Of a stretch of 64,000 bases of DNA, positions 27,401 through 41,100 are shown one piece after another. The stretch is from positions 18,290,001-18,354,000 of the forward strand of contig CATNEN010000001.1 in assembly GCA_950097015.1 (NCBI GenBank). The letters are read 5' to 3'. The notes beneath the pieces were generated by a model. It searched no databases. It saw nothing but the letters and a program-made list of their open reading frames with translations, and was not told where the DNA came from. A program made the translations under genes and the position numbers. How positions within the stretch are numbered: position 1 is the stretch's first letter; every line of letters begins with the position of its first letter. This stretch comes from Macrostomum hystrix (Eukaryota; Animalia; Platyhelminthes).

Positions 27401-30400
27401 AAGGGTTTTCTTCATCGTCTGTTCTCAGACTCAAAGGCCTTTTATTTGAGACAAAATGTAGGACAAAATTAATGCCCACAGATGCGACACGAAATGTGGG
27501 AGTTTTGTTTTCCGTTCCTCGCTCAACACGCAAATCCTCAGCGAGTGTATGGAAACAGGATATAAAATAAAACTGGGATCTCTTTTGATTAAAATTCATG
27601 CACGATTTGTTTTCTTTTCGACTCAAAAGAATTGAACAAATCGAATGGCATACGTGGGCAGCGGCCTCACATTAAACCTGAGCAGACAGGCGGCAATGTC
27701 TGTCAGGTTGCTCTTGCAGGCGATGTGCAGAGCCGTGGCGCCATCGCTGCCAGTGGGATTCGATGGGGATGCGTAGGCGGCAACGCCAGCCAGCTGTGAC
27801 TTCTGCTTGGCGTCCTCGGTGAGCAGGTAGGCCACCATCTCAGTGTTGGCATTCCAGGTTGCATAGTGCAATACGGTGCAGCCCGACTCGTCGCGAGCGT
27901 AAATATTGGCGCCGGCGTCTGTTAGGGCGCGCAGGCAGATGCTGCGGAGGGTAGCAAGGCAGGTAGATTGTAAGGTAGCAAGGTAGATCGATTGGTGAAG
28001 CTGACAAGGTAGATAGATTAGGTAAAGGTAGTTAAGGGTAGATAAATTGGTTAAGTTATAAAGGTAGGTAGATTGGTAGTTCGGAAAGTATATAGATTGG
28101 TAGGTTATGAAGGTAGGTAGATTCGTAGGTCGGAAGGTAGATAGATTGGTAGGTTATGAAGGTAGGTAGAATGTAGTTACAAAAGAGCATTGCAAGGTAG
28201 ATAGGTTAGTAGGTACAAAGATAGATTAGGAGATTGGATAAAATGGTATGTACTAAGGTAGGTCTTGTACTACCTTTCTACTAAATAGCTAAAGTAGAAA
28301 AGCAGAAACTAAGTTGGTATTTTGTTAGGCAGGTGCTAGCACTTGGTTACAGTTCCCAAGTCACTCACATATGATTGTGCATAGCAGCCAGTAGAAGGCC
28401 AGTCCTCTTGCCATCATCTAATGAGTCCAAGTTGCCAACCAATCTTTGCCTACATATTTATTAGAAAATACATTTTGAAATTATTTTTATATCTTTGATT
28501 AAGACCATGTAATATAAGAATCATAAGCCAACACAAAATGTAAGCATGATAGATATAAAAAATCAATTACAAAAGGCCCTATTTGTCTAAGTCTTTAAAT
28601 TCTCTATCCTAGACTAGCATGAATTTTTCAGTGTGCTATAGTTGTATAGATGCATGTCAGGCATTAGCTAAATATACCTTTTAACAGTGTTGTTGGGCAT
28701 AAGTGAAATTTATCTAGTCCAAGTGCTCCTACCACTGAGCGAAGTGAGTTTGATTTAGTCGCTTCAATTAGCTTGCAGCCATAGACGGTGAATTCAATAT
28801 AGTCGTTTTTAGCGCGCGCAACGAGATCGTGACTTTTATTTAGTCAAAGTGAAATGAATACGGTCAACGAGATCGTAAACTTTCATGAAAGGCGCAAAAA
28901 CACATAAGATGTGTAAGATGTAAGATGTAAGATGTAAGGTGTAAGATGTAAGGTGTAAGATGCAATGGCAGCACACAACTAGTGACCGTCAGGCAAACAA
29001 AACTGTTCAGTGTTCAATTAGGCAACGATGTCCTCCATGGCTATGCAGCGCGGTACATAGCGCAGACTTTCTCGGTGCCAGGCTTCGCAGTGCAGCTGTG
29101 TAACTGCGCTCATACAGTCTTCCAGTTCACGCTCCAGAATGCGAGCGTGAACATCTTACACATCTTATGTGTTTTTGCGCCTTTCATGAAAGTTTACGAT
29201 CTTGTTGACCGTATTCATTTCACTTTGACTAAATAAAAGTCACGATCTCGTTGCGCGTGCTAAAAACGACTATATTGAATTCACCGTCTATGGCTGCAAG
29301 CTAATTGAAGCGACTAAATCAAACTCACTTCGCTCAGTGGTAGGAGCACTTGGACTAGATAAATTTCACTTATGCCCAACAACACTGTTAAAAGGTATAC
29401 TAATATGCACTAACAGACTTAACTTTTACATGCACACAAGCTATTACATTTACAAGTAACATTATCAACAGTTTGGAATAACACTGTAACATAATATAGA
29501 ATATGGTAATAACTGGTCATTCCAGTTTTTGCATGATCAGCTGTTGTCATGCTAATCCTACTTTAACTTTTTACTAAGATATTATAATATATTAGAAAAA
29601 ATTTGCCTGAATAGTATTTTTATTTATGCGTCAGACATACATGTGCAACACCCAGCTGACCGGCCAACCGGCCAACCTGGCCGGGTGAAATGAGGGCCAA
29701 GCAAGGTAAGTCACAAAAACCAATCGACCAAGTGCAAAAAATCAAAGGGGGGACCAAGGGACAAAAAAGGAAGGCATGAAGAAAAGGAAAAAGGGGAGAA
29801 AAAAAGAGAGCAAATGAGAGCAAACTAAGTCATAAATAGAGCAAAAACTAAGTTGCACAGCTGGCTAAGATTTGGGAGGTTGCACATGTGTGTGCGTCAG
29901 AGATATTTCTTTGTTGCCATTAGACCACGGGTAAACAAACTTATTAGCTAGCAGGCCAAAAAAACTACGACACAATAGCTAGCTTCATTGACTCTAGAAA
30001 TATGACATAGGAATCACAATGAGACATGGGAAAGATAAGACAGAAAATATATAGCAGGGGGAGATGAGATGCAAGAGAGATGATACTCAGGATAGATGAG
30101 ACAGCCTCTTGCTAATGGACCCAATTTGTTCTAATGGAGTCTGGAATTGAAGAGTCAGGAGTCAAGAGTCAGGAGTCTGACACTAACCAATAGGCTACAA
30201 TCCACTTCAGTTACAAAAAACAATTGTAACACAAACACAATATTATTTATTGCCTATTTTATACATGCCAGATTGAACAGTGTAGCCAGGATTTTCATTG
30301 AATCTGGTACACTTTGGCAATTTACCACTAGGAGGTCATAGGCCACTGCTTCAGAGCCCATGCCACATCTGCTTCCCCCAACCCAATGCAGCAGCATCAG

Positions 30401-30777
30401 CCCTAAAATATATCTTCTAGGGGGCCATGAACCCCCTAGCAATAGCAATATACACTTCTGTTGTCCACCTATGACTATGATTTAATTCTTTAAAATGTTT
30501 AACTAAATTACTTTTGTTTAATTATTTCAAAGAGTAAAATAGCTACTAAGAAAAATACTATACCATGCGTAATACAAATAAATTTAAATGGAAATGATAT
30601 CGACTTTACAAACCAGACAAAAATGTTAAAAGCATAGGCCTATATAGGCCTAGTATAGACAAGTCAGCTTAAGACTTACAGTATTGGGTTCATTTGTTTT
30701 TGTGACGCGATAAAATCAGTAACAATGCCTATATTTCCTTCTTTACAACCGTCAAAGAATTCTTTTAGTCGTCCCAT
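24407..30777 (-). CDS. Ankyrin-repeat protein (ANKS1/CASKIN-like N-terminus, long disordered Pro/acidic C-terminus), ~868 aa; exons 30777-30680, 28449-28369, 27941-27671, 27257-26898, 26203-24407
   Basis: Start MGRLKEFFDGCKEG. Ankyrin motifs GCTVLHYA, GATALHIAC, GQTPFDVAC, SPLEEAARGGH, GTALHAAS. All junctions are GT-AG and phase-compatible. Confidence 0.8.
24935..25162 (-). repeat. Coding 33-bp minisatellite (EEPKSDSQPIT x ~7) in the last exon of the ankyrin gene
   Basis: In-frame 11-aa repeats in the ORF. Confidence 0.9.
28675..29397. mobile_element. Foldback MITE with ~250-bp near-perfect terminal inverted repeats and TA/TATA target duplication
   Basis: 28673-28921 is the reverse complement of ~29151-29399 with about 2 mismatches. 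Flanks read TATA-CCTTTTAAC...GTTAAAAGG-TATA. Confidence 0.9.
29636..29892. mobile_element. Small non-autonomous DNA transposon with 14-bp TIR and 9-bp TSD
   Basis: TIR CATACATGTGCAAC / GTTGCACATGTGTG. Direct repeat TGCGTCAGA at 29627-29635 and 29893-29901. Confidence 0.8.
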
Positions 30778-32724
30778 GATTTCAAAATCATTAATACTCT
30801 TATTGAGACCTATCACAAATATAAGGCTAAAGGACAATAATAGCTTCAGCCTACGCTATGGTAAGTAACCTGTAATGACGCAAAAAACTAGTCACCTAAA
30901 TAAATTTTTTAGTATAATAATGAATTCTAGATTTTAGTTCTGTCCCAACGAAAACTGTTAGTAAAAGGGTCTCCTTTAAAATAATAAAGAAACTGAACTG
31001 ATAATAATGGTAATCTGTCAAATTAAAATATATTTTAGTGCCTATCTTAAAATAGAAACACGAAACATTAGTTCGAAATTGGGGTCGACTAGTAAAACAA
31101 ACATGAACACTAAACGAAAAAACTTTGAATGAGATAAGTTATATTTCAGTGAATTAATATATTAAGACATCCAATGAAATCCTATTTGTGAACAAAAAAG
31201 CATATAATATGCCCGGTGAAAATGATCTACAAGCCAGCCAGCCAGGATTTGAGGATGGTAATGTACACAACCCGGCCTTTTACAAATTTAACTCCGTACC
31301 GGCGACGTACGTACCACGTACAATACAAAAGCAGACAAAATGGTTTAAAATGCGCTTTGTATATGCGTATGCATTTCAAGTTTTAATAAGTACACAACCC
31401 ATGGACCATTGTGTAGTGCAACTACACTTTAACTGCAAACATATAATGCATGTATTGTGTATAACTGTAGCAGTAGCACTACTATGGAGATATCGATAAC
31501 GCAATTCTATGCTAAACAACTACATCTCAGCATCTGCACACTTTCTCTCTTGCTCAAACACGCCCGCGTGTGCTTATTTCTTCCCGGAACTCCTTAAGTT
31601 CTGAAAATTTAGTTCTTTGTGCCGAATTTCACTAAAGAATTCAGAATCGTTGCCGGTCCAAGGCTCCCCAAAATATAACTTTTGCAGTGGCAGAGACCCG
31701 GCTTGGTTCTGACCCGCGGTGCAAGCCCATTTCCACAGTTATTCACTAAAGAAAAGAGAAACAGGGATTGAAATCATGAGACATTGGGATGTCATTTTTC
31801 CTCACTGAAGTACTGATTTCCAACTCCATTGCACTTACAACATCTTCATTTCTACAATTTTCCTATCCCACTCCCTTAATTCCATTTATTCCCCCAATTC
31901 TCCTTCCGCGCCCTAAATCCACTTTTTACTTCCATAATCCACCTTCCCCTTTCTTAATCCCCTTAAATCTCCTTAACTTTTAAAATTCTCCTTTCGCTTC
32001 GTTAATCTACATTTGTATAACTTCTTCACTACTATACTCCTGTCAGCTCCCTGTACGACATTGGTCGCCTCAATCGCTATTGAGCCTCTAAATGTTTCCG
32101 TATTCCACGATGCAACTATTTTTCCTCTCACATAGATCTATTATCCTGCATCAAGCGATACCCCTTCGAAAGTCATAAGACTCATAATTTAGTTATTTTT
32201 TGCCGTTAAAATATCGAGATAATATAAATAGAACTATGATAGACTATTTACGAGCTGAAGTCAGTCTTTTTTAAGTCATTCTGGGCTAAAGGCAACAAAA
32301 AATGGATCTACTGAATAAAGAGTGAGAGATCAGCTAGCTTTTGCATTCGTATTCAAGTATTCGCAAGCGCCACTGTTCTCGAGGCCACGCCCATGATAAT
32401 TTTTGGAATGAGCTCACGGGAGCATATTTTGATGGCGCTGAAGGCTATTTGAGATCAAGGCAAACAGATGACAAGCGGGCTAGTGCTCATGCAACACTGT
32501 GCTAGCTCAAAGTTAAAAAGGAACGAAAATTCCAAGGCATGGTCCTAAAGCACTTCCTGAATCTCAACTCACAGCGGTTCTATATTTTGCAATGCCCTTT
32601 TAAGAACAGATTTGAGAAGTCGATAGAGCCCTGGCTTAGCGGGTTACTCGCGAGTTGCCTGCTCAACAGCAGATAGCCGACTGAAACTGCAGTATTTGAC
32701 TGCTTCTGCAGTTCTGTAGTATTT

Positions 32725-33830
32725 AACTCCCCCATCCCCATTTCTACTTCCTCACTCCCCATTTCTCCTACCTCACTCCCCATCTCTACTTCCTCACTCC
32801 CCATCCTCATTTCTCCTTCCTCACTCCCCCATCCCCATTTCTCCTTCCCCACTCCCCTATCCCCATTTCCCCTTCCTCACTCCCCCATCCCCATTTCTCC
32901 TTCCTCACTCCCCATCTCTACTTCCTCACTCCCCATCCTCATTTCTCCTTCCTCACTCCCCCATCCCCATTTCTCCTTCCTCACTCCCCCATCCCCATTT
33001 CTCCTTCCTCACTCCCCCATCCCCATTTCTCCTTCCTCACTCCCCCATCCCCATTTCCCCTTCCTCACTCCCCCATCCCCATTTCTCCTTCCTCACTCCC
33101 CATCTCTACTTCCTCACTCCCCATCCTCATTTCTCCTTCCTCACTCCCCCATCCCCATTTCTCCTTCCTCACTCCCCCATCCCCATTTCTCCTTCCTCAC
33201 TCCCCCATCCCCATTTCTCCTTCCTCACTCCCCCATCCCCATTTCTCCTTCCACACTCTCCCATTCCCATTTCTACTTCCTCCCATCCCCATTTCTACTT
33301 CCTCACTTCCCCCATTTCCATTTCTACTTCCTTACTCTCCCATTCCCATTTGTCCTTCCCCACTCCCCTATCCCCATTTCTCCTTCCTCACTCCCCCATC
33401 CCCATTTCCCCTTCCTCACTCCCCCATCCCTATTTCTCCTTCCTCACTCCCCCATCCCCATTTCTCCTTCCTCACTCCCCCATCCCCATTTCTACTTCCT
33501 CACTCCCCCATCCCCATTTCTACTTCCTCACTCCCCATTTCTACTTCCTCACTCCCCATTTCTACTTCCTCACTCCCCCATCCCCATTTCTACTTCCTCA
33601 CTCCCCATTTCTACTTCCTCACTCCCCATTTCTACTTCCTCACTCCCCATTTCTACTTCCTCACTCCCCATTTCTACTTCCTCACTCTCCATTTCTACTT
33701 CCTCACTCCCCATTTCTACTTCCTCACTCCCCATTTCTACTTCCTCACTCTCCCATCCACATGCTTTTTTACTCCTCAGTCTCCTATCCCCATTTCTACT
33801 TCCTCACTCTTCAATCCCCATTTCTTCTCC
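32725..33830. repeat. Pyrimidine-rich minisatellite with 21/28-bp variants
   Basis: Units CCCCATTTCTACTTCCTCACT and CCCCCATCCCCATTTCTCCTTCCTCACT. Confidence 0.9.
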
Positions 33831-34312
33831 CCTACAATCCCATGCCTATCTCTGCGTAGATTGCGCTGTTTCCGATCCAACATCATTTGATTGCTTGTCG
33901 GACATGCTGGGTCTGAAAGTACTTCTAGTCATAGATTCGCACATCGCCTCGAGAATTTCTTTTGAGCACCAGGCTGGAGATCAATAAACTGGCAAGTTGG
34001 ACACAGAAGAAGCTGGCAGGTCTAGATAGTCTACAAAATTCTGAAGTGATGCGGATTGACAGACAAACAGACAGACAGAGAGGGATGGGTGTGGTTTAGC
34101 AGCAAACCATTTGCTGGTCTTCACGCGTGGCGATCGTTCTAGCTACTCACTTGAGCACTGTGGGGACTTATGTGGGAAGAGAGGCATGAGTACACAGGAC
34201 AGGAGGGAAGGGATTGGGGTGTGGACATGGAGACGGAGAAGACAGAGTTTATAGGCCGAACGTCTACCGAGCGGTTGGTATTGAGCAAGTTAGTTTTGGT
34301 CCGATAATAGCC

Positions 34313-34489
34313 TATATAAAAACTGTCTCCACTTAACCGACTGACTGCACTGCCCGAGAAACACTTTGGGATTTGTTTAATCAGTTATCGAGATTATTTT
34401 TCTTAGTCAATCTTCTCTTCAAGGTCGTACACTTCGCTGTATCACTCTCATTTTGTTTATCTTGAGTCTTAATCGTTCTAATACAAGGT
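34313..34489 (+). promoter_or_regulatory. Putative distal TATA promoter and non-coding first exon of the arginine kinase gene
   Basis: TATATAAAAA at 34313 and a strong donor AAG|GTAAGA at 34488. Confidence 0.35.
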
Positions 34490-36295
34490 AAGAAATGTTT
34501 ACTCTTTTCTATTTAATATACGAGCTACAATGTGTCTTGTATTTGCGAGTCACATTGCGAGTCACAAGCAACCAAAAATTTTGTTTGGCCAAATTACAGT
34601 TAAGGCGGATTAACTATCATACATCGAATATCACGAATATCAGGAATCTACGTATACGCTCGCATGTGCTTTAATTGAAACGAATCATCTTGATATTTGT
34701 TTAGTTCATTTATGCTTGAAGACAATTCAAGGATTCAAAGTAGGAATTCAAGAAGAAATTGCAAATTTAAGTGAGATAAGGTGAGAAGTGTCAATAGCAG
34801 TCCCTTTGTCTAGCAGGCAGCTAGCATTAATTATACCTATCTGATTCCTATCGTATTAAACTGTAAAATCGGATTTATTAGCCTAGTCATGGTCGTCGAT
34901 AATAATCTCCTATAATTATTAGTGCAACTGCAAGGTCTAATGCTGAAAGCTAACCATTTCGCAAAGCCTGCACGCGCTTTGAAGCAAGTGCAAAATTAGC
35001 AAAGCGATTAAGCTACGGAGTGGGTGTGTGCGGACTGGCGCCAGACGGGCTCAATATGGCCCAGACAAAATCAACAGCCTGTACAGCTAAAAATTCCAGT
35101 TCCACCATAGGGTGGGGTCTATAGTTTTCATTCCTATCCATTTCCATTACAGAAATGGAATCGCTTCTCTGAACGCTCAATTGTACATTCATCCTAGGCC
35201 AGTTAAGGCTCCCCAATCCAGATAGGGTGGGTTGGTCAAGCGTACATTAGATCAAGTGAAGAGGAAACGCCAGGAAGGAAAGGAATCGGGGCCACATCTG
35301 AGTGGGTGTGAAATGCATAGTTTTTTATAAATTGTACAAAGGGCCGAAACCAGAACTTTACTGACTCGGAGCGGAACCGAAATCGTTGATTTAGTGCTGA
35401 ACTCGCAGCTACTTAAACCTCGCGAAATCCAGAAATTTCTCTGCCTATTTACGCTACAAGCCGACTGTTTTCTGCTGATAAGACTTCGCTTTACCAGACG
35501 GCATTGAATTAATTTTCATTTCAAGCTAATCAATCATTTTCGTACCGAAAATTCATTAGTTGGTATAGATAGATTAATTTTGAGTTTCGCACGATTTATA
35601 CAATGTATACCACATTCAAGTGAGTACACTAATTTATTTTTAATTATTCAATTGTCTTAAAAGCTTATGTAATAGTACACAATGTACACAAAGTCTTGAG
35701 AATGACATGGCCAGTGTCACTGGAAGGACAGAAGTTTCTTTCAATTAAAACAGTGCTCGATTTGAGGTTGCAAAATTTCGTCATGCAACTGCGTTGACTA
35801 ACTGCCGCGGCGTTATCTTGAATTTCTCAGGAATTTTCGCTGCTTGCGTCAAGGTTCAAAGTTTGTGCAGTTGTTAACTGTGTAAGTGCGCAGTCAGTAC
35901 AGAGAACAAGTCTAATTTTATATCCCAAGATTTGTAACGCCAAAGGCCAAGACGATTAGTGTTGTACGAGCTAACTAATTAAATTTTCTCTGCTTTCTGT
36001 GCTACTTACCCTACTATCAGTACTAAGCAGTGTTCGCGTGCCTCGTAATATAAAATATCAAGGGAAAATTAAATCAAATTATTTTCACATCCTGAATTTT
36101 TCTTCTTAAACTATTCTCATTGCTCTAATCTCCAAAAAGAAGCTTGTGGACCAGTTAGACTGGACCATCAAACTTTATTGGATATGCTCGATGTCCAGTG
36201 AGGTGTCAACCGTTAAACAAGAACACTGACTGACAGCAGAAAATGTTTTCTTCGATATTTTGTCTTTCGTAAACTTAGCCTTATATATTCTAGGG

Positions 36296-36681
36296 CAGGG
36301 GTCGGCAACTTACAACTTGCAACTTACAAGCTAGCGGGCCAAAGAGAGAACCTAAAAGACGACAGCGGGCCACATTGACTATAGAAATATGAGATAGGGG
36401 AGAGAGATGAGACACAGGAGAGACGAGACCGAGGAGAGATGAGACACAGGAGAGACGAGACCGAAGAGAGATGAGACACAGGAGAGACGAGACCGAAGAG
36501 AGATGAGACACAGGAGAGACGAGACCGAAGAGAGATGAGACACAGGAGAGACGAGACCGAAGAGAGATGAGACAGGGGAAAGATAAAACAGGATACTGTA
36601 GGTGTCGGAAGGGGCAACGGACCGGATTTGGGAGTTTCGAGGGCCGCATCTGGCCCGCGGGCCGGAGATTGCCGACCCCTG
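36296..36681. mobile_element. hAT (Charlie/Buster-like) MITE carrying an internal 32-bp tandem repeat
   Basis: TIR CAGGGGTCGGCAA / TTGCCGACCCCTG; 8-bp TSD TTCTAGGG / CTCTAGGG; subterminal GGCCGCATCTGGCCCGCGGGCCG. Confidence 0.9.
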
Positions 36682-37006
36682 CTCTAGGGTAATGTTCCCT
36701 AATATTAGCTTAGATAGAAAACAGACTATTAGATATTCAAAAACAGAACAGAAGAAAGAGAAATTGCTATGTATGATTAGTCTAGCAACGCTAGACTGTG
36801 TGGCTGCCTTTAGTTGCTAGGTACAGCTCAGGCGCTTATATTTATCTTCAACCACAAGTGCAGAAAATGCTGGCAACCCCAAACAGCCATCCACCCCTCC
36901 CTCCGCCACAGTACCCCGGTTCGTTGCTGAGCAGGCCAAGCAAGACTGACAAGCAGCCCTCCTCTGCCCCAACCCCATTGAGCCATTTTCTCTCTGCTCC
37001 TGCAAC

Positions 37007-37227
37007 TATAAAAGCAGCCTCAGTCCCTCATTGTTGAGCCCTCGCTATGCTAAGCGCTCTGTCACTGGCGTCAATAGTCAGCAGGAAAGTCAACTCACAG
37101 GTTGGTCGTTTATCTTCAACTACATCAGCAGCATCAGCAGCAGCAGCAGCAGCTAAATCGGCTAGCTCTACTAGTGTAAATACAATTAGCCACACTGCCA
37201 ACTCAGCCATGTACACGCAGTACAAGT
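37007..37227 (+). promoter_or_regulatory. Putative proximal TATA promoter and first exon of the arginine kinase gene
   Basis: TATAAAAG at 37007, Inr-like TCATT at ~37028, donor AA|GTGAGT at 37226. Confidence 0.4.
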
Positions 37228-37599
37228 GAGTTTGCGAGAAGAATTCCTGGCTAAGGAATGGACAAGGAATTGTGCTTTGCTTTGATGTGCATCGAAAGAG
37301 ATGGCTTGATGTTAACCCGATGTTCAGTTCAATAGCGAGCTGTGTTCATATGCACTTAACTAACTCAATCGAGTATTTTTTTGCTTAGCTAACTGATCAT
37401 TCATAGTTTAATAACACTGCCGTTTTAATTTTAAATAACATTTGCTACAAGCTTGAATTTTCATATTAGCAATTTTCCTTATTTCGTTAGCGTGAAATTG
37501 GATTTAAAAAGATAAAGCTTGATTTAAAACCTAAAAAGCTAGCTTCATATAAGATATTGCGAGTAGATAGTCACAAAACAATCTATTGCATGTGGGCAA

Positions 37600-37860
37600 T
37601 TCATTTCGTGGGAGTAGACCCGCAGCCAGCGAAAGGCCACTTCTGCCCATTACACACACAGGTTTGTACACCTGTCCTGACTTTCTCATTGTCAGGCAGT
37701 GTACCCTTGAGGGCTGGCTCTCAAGGGCGTAAATTGCAAGAGGCCACCAAGGCTTCTCTCCACGGTAGCGACCGAAATGAATATGGCCTCAGCTTGGAAT
37801 CGAACTCAGAAACCTTGTTGCGAGAGGCAAAGTTTTTAACCGCTCAGCCACTCCGTATCC
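37600..37860 (-). mobile_element. tRNA-derived SINE (3' boundary uncertain)
   Basis: Minus strand reads GAGTGGCTGAGCGGTTAA (A box)...GAGTTCGATTCC (B box). Confidence 0.6.
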
Positions 37861-38140
37861 TAATTGATAGTAATATTTATCCCCATTTGAAATTCTCACC
37901 TCAAATCCAGTTATTTTTTTCGTCATAATTTAATCGTGCGTAGCTCTTTTTCGCCGTTCAAACCAATCAGGTTTGCACTAAAACATAAAGAATGATATGT
38001 ACATGTATTTACATTGCCTTTGCAAACATATGGATGTTGCTGCCTTGGATTGAAAACATGTGCTTTCATGTGCTTTCATTCCTAACGTTCGTTAAATCTT
38101 GCAATCAATTCAGAAGGAGACGATTGAAACAATTACGACC

Positions 38141-41100
38141 ATGTCCTCTTTGAACAGGGAAAACAAGATGTCTGGAAGCAGTGGCGACGCCTCGGTGGAG
38201 TCCTATCTAGAGGAGGGCTACAAGAAGCTACAATCCGATCCCAAATGCAAATCCCTACTCAAGCACCACCTAACCCGAGAAGTCCTAGAGAAGCTGAAGA
38301 GTCGAAAAACATCGTTCGGCTCTACACTGAAGGATGTCATCCAGTCTGGTAAGGAATGCCTCCGTCGCCACTTTATTTCTTGATAATTTGTACTCTTAAT
38401 AAAGTGCAACGACTTTCCCACTTCCGCCACTCGCCCGCAGGCGTGGAGAACCTGGACAGCGGCGTGGGAGTGTACGCGCCTGACGCTGAGGCGTACACGG
38501 TGTTCGCGGACCTGTTCGACCCGATCATCGAGGAGTACCACGGCGGCTTCAAGAAGACGGACAAGCACCCACCGTGCACGCTGGGAGACGCGAGCCAGTT
38601 CGGTGACGTGGATCCCGAGGGCAAGTACGTGGTGTCGACTCGCATCCGGTGCGGCAGGTCGCTGCGCAAGTTCCCCTTCAACCCGAACATGACCGAGGCG
38701 CACTACAAGGAGATGGAGGAGCTGGTGTCGGGCACGCTGAAGGGCATGACGGGCGAGCTGAAGGGCACATACTACCCGCTGACCGGCATGACGAAGGAGG
38801 TGCAGCAGCAGCTGATTGACGACCACTTTCTGTTCAAGGAGGGCGACCGGTTCCTGCAGAAGGCGAACGCGTGCCGCTTCTGGCCGACCGGACGAGGTAT
38901 CTACCACAACGACAACAAGACGTTCCTGGTGTGGGTGGGCGAGGAGGACCACATGCGCATCATCTCGATGCAGAAGGGCGGCAGCATCCGGGAGGTGTAC
39001 GGCAGGCTGGTGAACGCGGTGAACGAGATCGAGAAGCGGATGGAGTTCAGCCACGACGATCGCCTCGGCTTCCTGACGTTCTGCCCGACCAACCTGGGCA
39101 CCACGATCCGCGCCTCGGTGCACATCAAGCTGCCCCGACTGGCAGCCGGAGGTCAGGAGGCTCTGCAGCGCGTTGCCGATCGCTTCCAGCTGCAGGTGCG
39201 CGGCTCGGCCGGCGAGCACTCGGAGGCCGTCGGCGGGCTGTACGACATCTCGAACAAGGAGCGCATGGGCCTGACGGAGTTCGACGCAGTGAGCAAGATG
39301 AACCGCGGCATCGCCGAGCTCATCAAGATGGAGAAGGCGCTGGAGCGAGGCGTCGCTCCCGAAGTGGTCAATTACGTCGAGGACGGCTTCGCCAAGATGC
39401 AGGCCAGCGAGTCCTGCCATTCGCTACTAAAGAAGCACCTCACTAAGGAGGTTCTTGACCGGCTGAAGAATATCAGCACGCCAACTTTTGGCTCGACTCT
39501 GCAGGATGTCATTCAGTCCGGTGAGTCTTGACTCCTCATTATTAATTCGAGGCTGCATTTAGCAGTGTAGCTAGCGCCTGCTTGCTTATGCCATTTTCTA
39601 TATCTGGGGCCATAGGGTCCCGCCCTGCTGTCTCGAGCATGCAACGGATCTCATTTGAATCTGCTTGTCTGATCGGCAATCGCTAATGACAAAGTCTTGT
39701 TGTCCACTCGCTCGAGCAGAGCCGGGCGCGAACTCGCCGTGGGATTCACACTGCACTAATTACCACTGTGGCATGTAGGTGGTGCACATCAGGGGACTAT
39801 GCTCAGCTAGGTTTTAGCGAGACTTTTCAAGAACATTTCATAGCAGATTTTTTACTCTCAGTTTTCGCAGTGTCAAGTTCTTGACAGCTGAGCTCATTAG
39901 GCAGTTTTCTACTGCGCTCTGTCAGGCGAGACGTGACACGTTTGTTTTTTTGCCGGGCCAGCGTTGATAAGCGACAAATCTAGCTCAGCTAACCCAACTC
40001 AAAAGGCTTAATACTCTATTTCTCACCGTCACAATTGGCCGCTCAGTCGGAAGATGTGAAATACAATAGTGCAACGGGAACTCACCATTAACATACTCTG
40101 ATTCATATTAAATCTGGTTTGTCCATACTCCACAACTACCAACCAATTAGTGCGAGCATAGATGCCCTTTTTTTGTTCGTTTAGAGAACGATCTTTAAAG
40201 TTTTTCAAGGTTCTTCAAGCGAGGCCTAACACGAGAGGATTGGGTGAAAAGCGTTCTAATAATGTTTTGTCCAATTGTCCTCTGAGAGCATGCATTGAAA
40301 TGAAATTAAATGCCTCAATAAAAGTATATCAGAGGCATGCGTTTTAAAGAATTCATGTGTTTTTTTTCTAACCTAAAAACTTCCGAATAAAATATATATT
40401 CAATATGAATGACCAACTCGTTTCCAAAATAACTGACTACCAAAAGGCTGACACTCAATCTAGTGATAATTGATGGGATAAGAATGTACATTAGGCCACT
40501 GCTTTCAGGACAGCTAAACTAACAGAAGGATGACTCTTAACTCGCCTGCAGGTGTGGAGAACCTGGACAGCGGCGTGGGAGTGTACGCGCCGGACGCTGA
40601 GGCGTACACGGTGTTCGCGGACCTGTTCGACCCGATCATCGAGGAGTACCACGGCGGCTTCAAGAAGACGGACAAGCACCCACCGTGCACGCTGGGAGAC
40701 GCGAGCCAGTTCGGTGACGTGGATCCCGAGGGCAAGTACGTGGTGTCGACTCGCATCCGGTGCGGCAGGTCGCTGCGCAAGTTCCCCTTCAACCCGAACA
40801 TGACCGAGGCGCACTACAAGGAGATGGAGGAGCTGGTGTCGGGCACGCTGAAGGGCATGACGGGCGAGCTGAAGGGCACATACTACCCGCTGACCGGCAT
40901 GACGAAGGAGGTGCAGCAGCAGCTGATTGACGACCACTTTCTGTTCAAGGAGGGCGACCGGTTCCTGCAGAAGGCGAACGCGTGCCGCTTCTGGCCGACC
41001 GGACGAGGCATCTACCACAACGACAACAAGACGTTCCTGGTGTGGGTGGGCGAGGAGGACCACATGCGCATCATCTCGATGCAGAAGGGCGGCAGCATCC

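Noticed and set aside
30278-30470. Possible MITE starting CAGTGTAGCCAGGATTTT
   Set aside because: The right terminus and TSD could not be identified.
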